The translations under genes were made by a program, and so were the position numbers. A DNA stretch of 63,602 nt, counting the filler, from Choristocarpus tenellus KU-1152 (lineage: Eukaryota; Protista; Phaeophyceae), in assembly GCA_964200185.2 (NCBI GenBank). It is 12 parts of 12 records of this genome, joined end to end, with 100 filler letters (N's around TTAATTAATTAA, not from the genome) between each part and the next. Parts side by side here need not be neighbours in the genome. Positions count along the whole stretch, not along the records: positions 50,179 to 53,668 come from CAXNAD020019673.1; positions 53,769 to 56,926 come from CAXNAD020021882.1; positions 57,027 to 60,540 come from CAXNAD020019520.1; positions 60,641 to 63,602 come from CAXNAD020023336.1; 8 more parts are not named here. One strand, written 5' to 3'. This document shows, piece by piece, positions 52,409 through 63,602 of this stretch. The notes beneath the pieces are model-generated. The model saw only the letters and a list, made by a program, of their open reading frames with translations. It was not told the origin of the DNA and did no database searches. Position 1 is the first letter of the stretch. Each line of letters begins with the position of its first letter.

Positions 52409-54838
52409 ACATTTCATTTAAATTTTGGATGTTACACAACCTGCAGTGTGCATTGTATTTCATCTGAAACGCGATCGTGCCGGAATTCGCTTTTCACCCC
52501 CAAAAATGCCACCCTTTGGCTTGGGGAAGGGGGTGACTGATGGATCTTTAACCAGACGCCCCTTTGATATTGGAAGGAAAAATGAGTGAACGAGAATGGT
52601 GTGTATGATGTGTCAAGCTCCCACCAACCTCCTGCAGCATTGACGATTGAAGGAATTTATGCTACAACCAGCTTTCCGCACGAAATACCTTCAAACTTTG
52701 ATAGCGTACCATGGTAGGTCTTAACAGGTATACAACGTGACTGGACCACCATCCACATGGGAAGACTCTGCTTAGCTAAATACACGTGGATTGGCGTTCG
52801 GTCTAAGGAACAAGAAAGAATTTGTCATCACCCGTTTAGTCAGAAAGACCTCTGTAGGGACCCTCACATGTCGTACGTCCCCTTTTCCTTCCATGGAAAA
52901 ATTGCTATCGAACAGAGGTACTCGCCCTTCGATTCGCTCCATTATATCGAGCGGATCGACCTAGCTATTCTCCTACCCTTTCCACCCAGGTATCGAGTTG
53001 CAAAGGATGCAATTGTGAGAGACGATCACGTACAATACTTGCACTATTAATAGTGTAAAAAAGCCGAAACGTTGGAAAGTTGAATATATTTTTTTAATGT
53101 AGTGATGGAGTAACGCTTAAAAAAGTAATGAACAATCATGAAATTGTACCTTGACAACTCACTAACCTGGAAATTCCTGGTTAGAGATACAAAAAGGGAA
53201 CAGTGTAGCGTAGCAAAATAGTGAACAGACTAATGTTTTTTACATTTACGACAACTGTTACTTTTTTAGGGATTTTTGTGACATATTATTATTGGTTCTC
53301 ATTGGGTTTTTTTTGCACATCTATCTGTAAAATGTTAGAGGGCAAAATAATAATAAAATATTAGCACTTTGCAGTGCGTTAAGATGCTATTTACCCCGGA
53401 CGGTACATAAAACAATGCAATGCTTGACTTTCATTGGTTTTTCCCCTAACACCTCTCTCTCTCTGTAAAATGTCAAAGGGCATGAATAATATTCATATTA
53501 TTTTTATTATTATGCCCTTTGACATTTTGCAGATGTTTATGCCCTCTGACAATTTGCAGATGTGTCACAGGGAAAAGAAATGAAAAGTATACATATAACA
53601 GGGGATTCGCAAAATTAAGGATGGAGCGGGACTATGAAGATGGTTGTTCTGCGAAAACGGTCATAAAANNNNNNNNNNNNNNNNNNNNNNNNNNNNNNNN
53701 NNNNNNNNNNNNTTAATTAATTAANNNNNNNNNNNNNNNNNNNNNNNNNNNNNNNNNNNNNNNNNNNNCCCCCCTAGATACTTTGACCCACTTCAAGTAA
53801 CTTTTTTCATCTTCTTCAATTCACCCTTATTTATACGGATGGAGTGCTAAGATTGACTTGAGAGCGTTGAAATATCTATTATTGGTTGAAATTTTTCAAC
53901 AAAATTTCAGAAAGGTTTCTACCCACATTTGTACAAAGGTCGATTCTTACAAATTTGTCAGCATCCTTATTACCTCTTATTTCATTAGCTCGAAATAAAT
54001 AAGACACAAACGAAATTTGAAAAACCCATCCACTTTCATTTAAGTTGGGAACAAAGAGCCCAGTCTATTTTCTGGATCTGGTCCAGAATGCTTAGCGCAC
54101 TTGGTTTGGTTTCCCTTGTCTCAAAATAAGGAAGAAAAGTGATGTTACTAGGTAGGAGAGTAGGACTTGGTACTCTATACTCAGGAATTTGGACTCCATG
54201 CTCTGGATCAACTACTACGACGATTACTACTATTATTGTGTACAAAATTAAGGTTTTCTATTGAAAATAGAAAACAAGATCATCATAACACAATAGTGGA
54301 TGGGAAATGTTGAGATTTGAGATGATTGAGATGACATCGAAACCACACAACAGAACGTACACCTTTTCATAAATTTTAACCGAATATCGAATGTTTTGTT
54401 GTACATATGCTCCTCAAAAAATTATATCCTGGAAACCTTATTAGATATGGTGGGAAGAGTTCATTGTGGGTGATCAACAAAATATTATTAGTACAATTAC
54501 AAAAGTCGTAATATAGATAGGATTCCAAAGAGGATGTGGAAGTACAAAGTGATTGGATGGTTGAACTAACCTGTGAGAAAAAACTTCAAGGCAGAAACTT
54601 CAAGGCAGAGTAAACTATTTACATGTTGAAAACAAATTTCGCATTTCAGTACCTCCATTATTGTTGCTGTAACGAGAAGTTGAGGGTTGAAATAGGTAGC
54701 TCAATAACATAATATTGTATTACTACCTACCTCTTCGTTGGGGGTTAAGCCACATATAGATAATATATGTTCAAAGTTTCAGACTGAAGTGCTGAAAAAA
54801 TATCAGTAACAATTCGAACAATATGAGTGCAAGTATGA

Positions 54839-54875
<37 letters not shown>

Positions 54876-55380
54876 TCTGTTAAGTGTTCTATACCATAAT
54901 ACTATCTGACATCATTGATTTTTTTTTGTGAATGTGTAAGGGAAAATCCAAAATTATGTTAAAGGAGTACTGGCTGCGAATAATAATAATACACAACTAT
55001 ATACTCAGAAGTATTAAATTTTGGTGGGAATGATCTTTGGTTCGAGAGGTGACTTTGATGCCACATTAACTATATTTTCATACCAGAGTGTAGATTAATA
55101 CTATTGATAATATTGGTAATTCATACTCGCTTCATCATATTTTCGCACTTCTTATGTTACATTTAACCACTTTATCATCCATTCACCCAGAACTGTTGAT
55201 TAAGAGACAGATTCTGGTGAGAGACAGAATCCCAAAAAGGAGTAATCAATCCCTTTCCACATTTCAACTTGCAACGACAGCAACACGTCGCAAAAACAAC
55301 ACGCAACACAACGAACCACAGCTCAGCAAGCGCCAACACCAATACCCACTCCAACTTAACTCCTGGAGCAAGGGGGAGTC

Positions 55381-56810
55381 ATGACGCGATATGAACGTGG
55401 GGGATGGATGCGGATATCTGCCTGTAGACCAGGATTCAAACCGCAGAATGTTCGAATAATACGTTGGGCTGAACTTCTCAGCATCAGGCACCTTGCGAAC
55501 GGGGCCATGTGTTCATGCTTTACTGCAGAGCTTGATGGGGAAACCGTGGTGATCAAGACACCAAGAAAGGACAGCACCGAGGTGATCTTAAGTGAATGGA
55601 TTATCTAACACTTTCGCCCCAAATCTCAGAATTTGTCCTGTCTGTGGCATCTTGTGAACAATTCGAAAGCAACTTCTTCACCACTCATTCCCCTGCCTTT
55701 CCTCTCCCTTGCACATGAAGACAAAGAAAGAGATTGAACGCGAACTCCGGATAGAAGAGGCCATTTTGCAAGAGCTTGACCATCCCAACATTATCAAACT
55801 TGTGGGTAAGGGCACGACTGAAGACGGATCGTCTTTCCTGGCACTAGAATATCTGGCTGGTGGGACTCTCCGAGATGTTATAAATGAACGACGTCTGCAC
55901 ATGGCAGATTCAAAGGGGTTGCAGCGGTTGAATCCTTGGCACCAGGCGAGGATGAAACCCGTTCCTCTCGCAGACGACCTTTGCTGGGCAAAGGTAAGGA
56001 ACATCTATGCCACGGCGACGTTGATGTAGTGGATGCTGGACGTCAAAGTTGAAGTCCGGAAGCCTCAACTTCAGCATCCCCTATGCCCTGCAGTAACAAC
56101 ACCGAAAAAGTTGATACTCTAGACACATCTACCACACACCACACATTCTAACTCATCTCTCTGATCGTTTGTCCACAGGAACTGGCAGAGGCACTTCACT
56201 ACATGCATGTAGAAGCCTCCGACGACCATAGTTACCTCTGCCGGGATGTCAAACCAGAGAACGTAGGCTTCACAGCAGACGGAACTCTTAAGCTATTCGG
56301 TGAGTCGAATTCCAAAATCCATGTTCAAGCTAGAAAGTGATGCGACCCTCTCGAATAAAATCCCTTTCAGTTGACTATAATACGCTTACACGTGTGACGT
56401 CAGCAACCACAGAAGCTTCCATTGCTTTTGCATCATCTTCCGCAAGACCCGATCTACAACACCTCCCTACCAAGTTCAGAATATGTTCCCTGACTATGTC
56501 CCTTTCCGTTTTCAGTCAACAACACCAAGAACAAAGACCCGTCAATGTCCCTGGCTTAGTACGGTTTTGCCCTGACCGCTTTACACTCACTCCTTTTGTC
56601 TCCCCTAACGATCTCGCTTTACACATGACCCTGTTGTCTCTGATCATGGGTCGTGTTGTGGATCACATGATGATGGGGTTTTGGTTCACAATAGACTTTG
56701 GCCTTGCGAAACGAGTGAAGAGACTGAAAAGGAAGGGACCCACAGGAGAGTGCATGGAGCGCTATGTGATGACATCACAGACAGGGACTGTCCGTTATAT
56801 GGCACCTGAG
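55381..56810 (+). CDS. Ser/Thr protein kinase (TKL-like), 3'-partial
   Basis: Exons 55381-55581, 55721-55993, 56179-56299 and 56695-56810 give VVIK, ELDHPNIIKLVG, LEYLAGGTL, CRDVKPENVGF, KLFDFGLA and TGTVRYMAPE. The start codon is uncertain. Confidence 0.93.
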
Positions 56811-57580
56811 GTAGGCGACATCACAAACCGGTGGGGGAGGGGGGGGGGGGGGTGCTGATGTAGAGACAGGGCGGGGAATATATATGGCAGGATAGGTTGA
56901 GCGAACCGAGTCTTTGTGGGAAGCGTNNNNNNNNNNNNNNNNNNNNNNNNNNNNNNNNNNNNNNNNNNNNTTAATTAATTAANNNNNNNNNNNNNNNNNN
57001 NNNNNNNNNNNNNNNNNNNNNNNNNNGGGGGGGTGGAGGAGGGGAGGGGAACAATTCAAGATATAGGGCAAGTACGATGTTGCATGGTGGATATCTTCAT
57101 GCATCTCCTTGGCAGAACACAAGTTGTATCGATCCCACTATTGACAAAAAAAATCGGAATACTATTTTGTGCAAGTAATTGTTGACACACCCCATTTGGC
57201 TTAGCACAATAAAAAAGTGTCCATCCCATCGTTGGTGTACAAAAATATACTAACCCACAAAATACTAAAAAGAAAATGAGTTGGCGCAATCGGTTGTTGA
57301 ACTCTGTACAATATACACACATGAACCCTAACCCTAACCCCATACAGAAACATTAAAATATAAACACGGTAGCACAATATCCATATCTCCAGACAAGTTC
57401 GTAAAACCTATGTTTACTCAAAACCGACGCCCTAACCCTAACCCTAGCCCTCATCTGAACCTGCTTACTGTACCTACCTTAGGTCCAAACACCCTGTCCA
57501 ACAAAACACAAAAGTCACACAACAAATGACCCAGAACACCGCATACTTCACCACACTGCAGCTGGACCGACACAGCCCTC

Positions 57581-58613
57581 TGTGCAATATAGGCTGATAG
57601 TCTATATGGTTTAAACGTGTTTAGTGAACACTACTTCCGCGTCGGAAGAGATATCCAGCCCAAAGTGAACCTGTCAAGGTTTGTCAGGTGGCCAAGGTAC
57701 ATTCGCCTGCAGCGCCAGCGCAAGATCCTTGTTCAACGGCTGAAGGTACCCCTCAGCATCAACTAGTTCAGCAAGTGCCTTGATAAGAACCAGGCCACAG
57801 AAGCTCTGAAGCTTCTAATGAAGTACCAGCCAGAGGACAAGAAGACCAAGCAGGAGCGCCTCAAGGGTATTGCCAGGAGTAGTTCTCTTTTGCATAGGTT
57901 ATGAGCCTCATTGGTATGTAAGCGGACTCCCGTATGCTGCCACTATGGAGTGGAGCGCGGGGGCATACACGGGAGAAGTGGGCTGAATAGCGGATGGCTT
58001 TGGTGAGTTACTCGGGCGGCAAAGGACTGTACCGGATACTCCAACCTGCATACTGCATTCCAGCACCTCCCACAGTCGACACATCATTCGAAGAACACTG
58101 CCTGTACGATGAATACGTTAGGCATCGAGAAGCCTTGTGGTTCCTGCTGGGACAGACCATGAGGGGTGCTGCAGCTATGGTGGTCTTTTGCCAGCAACTT
58201 TGCTACACGCTCATGGGGGAGTGTGCAATATAGGATGATAGTCTATATGGTTTATACGTGTTTAGTGAACACTACTGGACAACGGGAATGTTGGCTAAGT
58301 GGAACGAGTGTTATTGACATCTGGTCGTGTGTGTAAAGTAATGAGTTCAAACCTCATATGATCGATTCTTGATTACTTGATATAAACGGACTGATGTAAG
58401 GGTTCTTACATAGTACTAGCTATACCGGACCAGTGACATGTACGATGTAACGGCAGGATACGGCTTGATGAGTCAGCTGATATAAGTAATAAACAATAAG
58501 ATAATGAGAGAGAGCACCCCCAACCACCAAGGGCTGTGCTCACTCCGCTAATATGATATCCATACCTCACAAAGCAAAATACTCTACTTGAGAAGTTCTC
58601 TTTTGCGTACGTA
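57581..58613 (+). mobile_element. Internally deleted (TRIM-like) Ty1/Copia LTR retrotransposon
   Basis: TSD CCCTC (57576-57580 and 58614-58618). 5' LTR 57581-57896. PBS GGTTATGAGCC at 57897-57907, the half-tRNA-Met-type site typical of Copia. Gag N-terminal remnant (LPLWSG...W..*RMALVSY..KGLY...ALWFLLGQTMRGAAAMVV) fused to a pol-end-like stub. PPT GGGGGAG ending at 58221. 3' LTR 58222-58609. Confidence 0.85.
57635..57874 (+). pseudogene. RPL7A: Fragment of 60S ribosomal protein L7a (eL8) coding sequence with an in-frame stop
   Basis: Translates as [82 protein letters not shown] at 57764 replaces a conserved Gln. Flanked by LTR sequence, not splice sites. Confidence 0.95.
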
Positions 58614-61058
58614 CCCTCATCAACGATCACACACCGCTATTTAGTCCCAGTATACGCTGGAATGGATAGCCCAGACCGGGAACATTGACACACAGCTTGA
58701 CTGATATGACCCTGGGCCATGACCCCCCACAAACACATCCGTCTACTGGGGGGGGGGGTCCAAACTCTTGTTTTGCTACAGTGAAGAAAACGTTTTTGGC
58801 ATTATGTGGTGATATATATGATTGGTAGAGGAAGGAACTGCTCCATATAAAGCCAAACATTTTATCTCCTTCACCACAAATGACTACAAAACCTTTCCCT
58901 CTGTGGAGGTCCATCACCAAGTGTCGCAATATCTTTTTCACCCAAAATGGAGCAATCCATCCCCTCTCCAAGCAAGCAAGCAAGGTGAGAGTGCACTGCT
59001 ATGCTGCAGGTGCCTCGCGTTCCTACGAATAACAACAATAGCCTGCCAAGGAAAACCCATGTCAATGTTTAGAGACCGTAAATCGATGGTGAGATCCTTG
59101 AATTTACAGAGAACATGGTTCTGTGAAACCTCCTGATCACCATCCTGTGGAGAACAGGCAAGGATTTAGGTTTGTATGGAACAGGGCAACAATAACTGGG
59201 GTTGTTTTCCTATATGCTGTTAAATCATTGAGATACCACTGTCTGACAAAACTCAGAGACTGGGAAGCTAGCTTTCCACAATCCGTGGGCCGTAACCCAC
59301 GAATTGCGTACTCTCCCCGAAGTGGCCAAGTCAATCTTCGCGTTTCCCATTTCGTAGATCTCAGGACCACATTCTATCTGTTTATCTTCACATCGTAGGG
59401 AGTTGGGAAAGTGGTCTAGCGGGGATTCAATCCTCAACGTCTGACATATAATATGTGCAAGTGACCTCGGTGACAGCTCAACTTCTTGTATCCACCAATA
59501 TCAAGGTTTCTTTCTACTTCCCCATCACCTTGCCAATACAGGTGCAGTTTATGTTGTGAGTTCAAATTTCACTACTGAGGGAAGCACAACAAGCTTTGTT
59601 AACAACACTTCTGGTTCTTATGGAGGTGAGAATGTCTGGCTAGATTTTGAGCCAAAGTAATTCAGAGGTAGGCAAGGTTGCATTCTAAGATGTCCATAAA
59701 TGATAAAAAATACACTATTTTGTACAATTGAGAAACTGCCTTTGCTGAAGTTTGGTGTCCCTTCGTGTGTGGAAAGAGGGTTTATGACTTTTTCGTGCAC
59801 TGCTTTTCCCATACAGCGATCATATGGGGTGTATTGCACTGGGGTATAAATATGACTTAAGAATTAAAAAGGACTCAAATCTGCTTACCTCCCAATTACA
59901 TGGACTCTTCATTAAAAAAAACCTTTTAACTGGACCCTCATAGATTGAGCATATCCGGGAATGTTATGTTCAGTAGGAGCGCTCGTGGAAATATGCGCCA
60001 AACATTAAACACTTTGCAGGACACTGTCTACCGTGAATATGCCTGACCATCTTACATGTACGTCATCTGTTAGCAGACAAAATTGTGGGTGAATCGGAGT
60101 GTGCATATCCCGAAAAGGATTCTATATGAAATGGATAGATTCTACTCACCATTCCAACAAAGAACCGTCAACCCATCAGGTGTACCCTGCACTAATCAAC
60201 CTCTAGTGTCACTAGTAAGCACTGTTTAGTTGTATGAACTATTTAGGCTCACGGCAGGAACCTAGTGGATGAGAAAGTGAGAGTTTTGTTGAAGGTGCGT
60301 TTTCAAGGTTTTCTTTGTACAAGGTCGCCCTTTATTTATTACCGAGCAGGGCATTTGCGGTGATCTGCCAACCAGAGTGTATACCCGCACATGGTCTGGT
60401 GGTAAACTTCCTTCACGACCGTAGGGGGATGGATATATCGGCCCTACCCGGTAGGCATTACACTCTGGTAGGATGCTTACGCTTGCCTACAACATAGCTA
60501 TGACCCAAAGTATCTGGGGGGGGGGGGGGATCTACAAAAGNNNNNNNNNNNNNNNNNNNNNNNNNNNNNNNNNNNNNNNNNNNNTTAATTAATTAANNNN
60601 NNNNNNNNNNNNNNNNNNNNNNNNNNNNNNNNNNNNNNNNGGGGAAAACCAAAAAAAACAAAAAGAAAAAAAAGGGGGGGGGGGGGGAGAGGGAGGGGAA
60701 GCATTGTGTGGGGTAGTTTCCACAAAGGGGCTTCATTTCTATAATTTTATTGGCTCTATTACTAGTAAGCTATTGGATCCGCCCTGTTGGATGAAGTAAG
60801 TTATATACATATTTCATATCTCCGACTGGTTCCACTTACACCATGCTGCCCACACTACATCACTTCATCCTGTGCTCCCGCCTACATGCAAGCAACACAT
60901 GCACTAAACTTCCTTGTTGGATAAGGGTAGAGAGTACAAAGATCTATTCTACATAGCAGAACACACCAATTACAGCATTCACTCATATTGATCACTTAAA
61001 AAAGCAAGACGCAACAAAGAAAAAGATCCTGTGAGAATTTGTTCAGGTTTTATCTTAC

Positions 61059-61952
61059 CCTTCCCTTATCCAGTGTAGGTATGCGGACCTCACCCCCAGA
61101 CTTGACCTTTTTTGGAGTCAGCCGGAAGTACAGTATTAAATCATCCCCTGCCATTGGGTTTACGGGGGGCTGACAGGTTACAGAATTGGACAACATAACT
61201 ACCTTCATTGGATTAATATTCTTAAATGTACAGCACCTAGTACTTCACACTATACACAATAGACAGTGGCAAATTCTGCATGGAGCAAAGGTGAATAAAT
61301 AATAAATATTGATCAAGCTTTATCAGCAAGATGAGGGTCAGGCAAGGCAACAGGATGACCAGAACCCTCTCTATTTTATGTCACAACCTCTATGAGTGAT
61401 ACCATTGTTGGTGGCTTAGGGGGGGAGATTGTGGGGTAAAAACATGCTATTGGTTCAATGTGGGATATAGGATGTTTACTGATATCATCGGGAGTAGTTG
61501 TTAGTTGGGATAAAACAAAATAATGTTACTTCTTGTGTCATGCTGATACACTATGAATAGTAGTACCTACTGCGTTCTAAGCATCTTTGTCCACACCACA
61601 CACCTCTCTCTACAACGACAATATATATATATAATATACTTGACAAACAGACCCGCAAAGTATATGTTATAGTGAATGCTCAACTTGCCAGCAAACATGC
61701 CTCCACCCAACCTAGACATTGCTCTTGATCAAGAAGGAAAACCTTACTTCCCTACAAACTCCATCACATACCGGCCCTCATGAACTTGCTCGGCCTTTGC
61801 ACAAGCTCAAACACAACATCTATTCCTCCAGGGCTTGAGAAGGTTATGGTGGTGCCCTCACGATACCCTGCACTTATGGGGATGGAATAGTTGCCAGCAG
61901 GTACGTGGGGCAGCTTCAGGTGAATGTAAGCTGCGAACGCCAGGGCTGACAC
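61059..61952 (-). CDS. DnaJ/Hsp40 C-terminal peptide-binding domain protein, internal exons
   Basis: Exons 61952-61772 and 61147-61059 give YSIPISAGYREGTTITFSSPGGIDVVFELVQRPSKFMRA-GDDLILYFRLTPKKVKSGGEVRIPTLDKGR. A probable upstream exon lies at 62331-62261. Confidence 0.8.
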
Positions 61953-63134
61953 CTTTGAGGTTATGTTCAGGGGTGGTACTGAGATTAATATTTTTTGCTG
62001 AATTTTTGTTAGTGTGGAGTGGTTGCTGTGAGGAATCACTGTGCTCAGGGTGGAGGCAGGAGGAGGTCATTTCTCAAGCATATGTGTGCCACACGACCCA
62101 CTCTGATCTTCCTTGTGGCCGTAAGCATTTCTTCACGGCCCACCTTGCCGTGCTAGGCACTCTGCACACCTCATCTGGCGTGTTGCATGCACCACTCCCT
62201 TTCAGTTGAAATACACACAAAAAAAATTCGGTCACCCAAGCATTCATTCTTTCAGCTCACAAAACTACTCCGAAATGTATGCGAAGAGAACATCTGTATA
62301 CACACTTTCAAGTAGTAGGCTACTATCGAACCTGCTACATTCAAAGCATGAAAGCAAAGCCATCAGCAGTACGAAGCATGGGCATGCATACACAGGACGG
62401 CACACAGGGAACAAATGCCCTTCACAGGAGTTGAGACGGAGCGGGGAACAGCGGATGACCATTCTGCAGACTATCGCTTCAAGGGGCCTGAAACTAACGG
62501 GAGGAATGACTGTTGCGAAAGAGTCTCTGCAAATCTCTACTCCACACTCAACTCCCTTCTAGGTGTTCATGGATAGCAACAAGCACCCCGGGTATTAAGG
62601 GCTACAACAGCAAAGCTATGGGCGAAGAAACGAGGATAGCCTCCTGAGCCCCAGTTCGATCAAAAGGTTAAAGGAACGCATTCAGATCAAGGGGGGCGGG
62701 CTAGCAAGAGCAAGCACAACTATTGTAGCTCTACGGAACCAGCACATCCTGCATTACGTAAGCTATGGAAGAAGACTCCTCCTCTCCCCACGTCCTTTTC
62801 TTCCTTTATGTCCTCCTTCCTTTCTTCCCAGTCCCATGCCCCTTATTCCTTACCGACACAGGACACCGCAGAAGTAGGGCTCCAAACACCACTGCGCCTT
62901 CTTGAATAACCTCTGACAGCAAGCCTGTTTTCACTGCCTGCCTATACCGTTCAGTGATAGAATCCTTTAACTGAAAAACGTACAGAGAGAGGGGGGGGGG
63001 GGGGGGGGGGGGGAAATAAAAAAAAAAGAGGGGAGAGCACCCCGTCGAACCCCCACCCCCCCCAAACCCCGTTTTCCCCCTTTTCGTTTAAAANNNNNNN
63101 NNNTCGTGGGTCTAAAATTGATAGGGTGAGAGCG

Positions 63135-63189
<55 letters not shown>

Positions 63190-63602
63190 GATATGCATAA
63201 ACAAGTAAATAAATATGTATTGTGTATAATATAAAAAAGAGTGTATCAGAGTGGTGTTGAGATTGAAGGGTAAGGGTCACAGTAGAATAAGATCAAATAA
63301 TTCAATGCAAAAAAAGGGAACAAATATACGTATTGTGGACATATTGTGACCAGAAATCATAGTCAATTGGATCAATCGGCTGTTGGACCTCTTGCTCATC
63401 ATTCCAACCTTGCTGGCATCACGCACCGAACAAAACATTATTGTTCGCTCACTGAGCAGAACAATAACAACAGCTCAATAAACAGACTACTAAAAACCAC
63501 ATTCTAAGTAGTAGTTGCTCATTCAACAAAACAACCCCCCCCCCCCCCCCAACAACAATCGCAGTAAGAGACTTTGGTGTCTGTATGTACGGTGGCCAGT
63601 CC

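Noticed and set aside
50370-53050. Several exon-like segments (for example KDDEEEEEAPFKAVPPPTRRLPHAFWTW, and MERIEGRVPLFDSNF on the minus strand)
   Set aside because: No phase-consistent model or recognisable family could be built.
57635-57874. Functional RPL7A exon
   Set aside because: In-frame TAG, no splice acceptor, and embedded in an LTR.
57581-58276. 55-bp direct repeat near RPL7A read as intronic C/D snoRNAs or as a CRISPR/integron-like repeat
   Set aside because: No proper C/D box pair and only two copies. PBS, PPT and TSD explain them as LTR left arms.
63137-63188. Long poly-G / poly-Pro ORF
   Set aside because: Homopolymer-rich tract next to a gap. Its length is unreliable and there is no coding evidence.

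Overview
This is eukaryotic DNA and not one locus. Twelve short contigs are joined by eleven artificial 100-nt linkers (44 N + TTAATTAATTAA + 44 N), so only within-contig adjacency is meaningful. Intron-rich genes, (CCCTAA)n telomere-type repeats, a Pmp/adhesin-like gene and the kinase type suggest a stramenopile, probably a brown alga or close relative (inference). Spliced genes or gene parts reconstructed by hand: the 3' end of a coiled-coil protein ending in a CaaX box, a TPR exon, a hypothetical N-terminal exon, a CFAP54-like gene, a Pmp-like beta-helix protein, an APC/CAT amino-acid transporter, an apparently complete PAH-domain/coiled-coil gene, a protein kinase with a CRD catalytic loop, and a DnaJ C-terminal domain. 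The rest is dominated by transposons: CRE-clade non-LTR retrotransposon pieces (RT and RLE endonuclease), two related MITE families sharing termini and showing both 3- and 4-bp TSDs, a TGTTACAGG...CCTGTAACA LTR-like family, a foldback family and minisatellites. The most striking structure is a miniature Copia element at 57581-58613. It has a TSD, PBS and PPT, but the core of its 5' LTR is replaced by an uninterrupted sense fragment of 60S ribosomal protein L7a coding sequence while the 3' LTR is intact.
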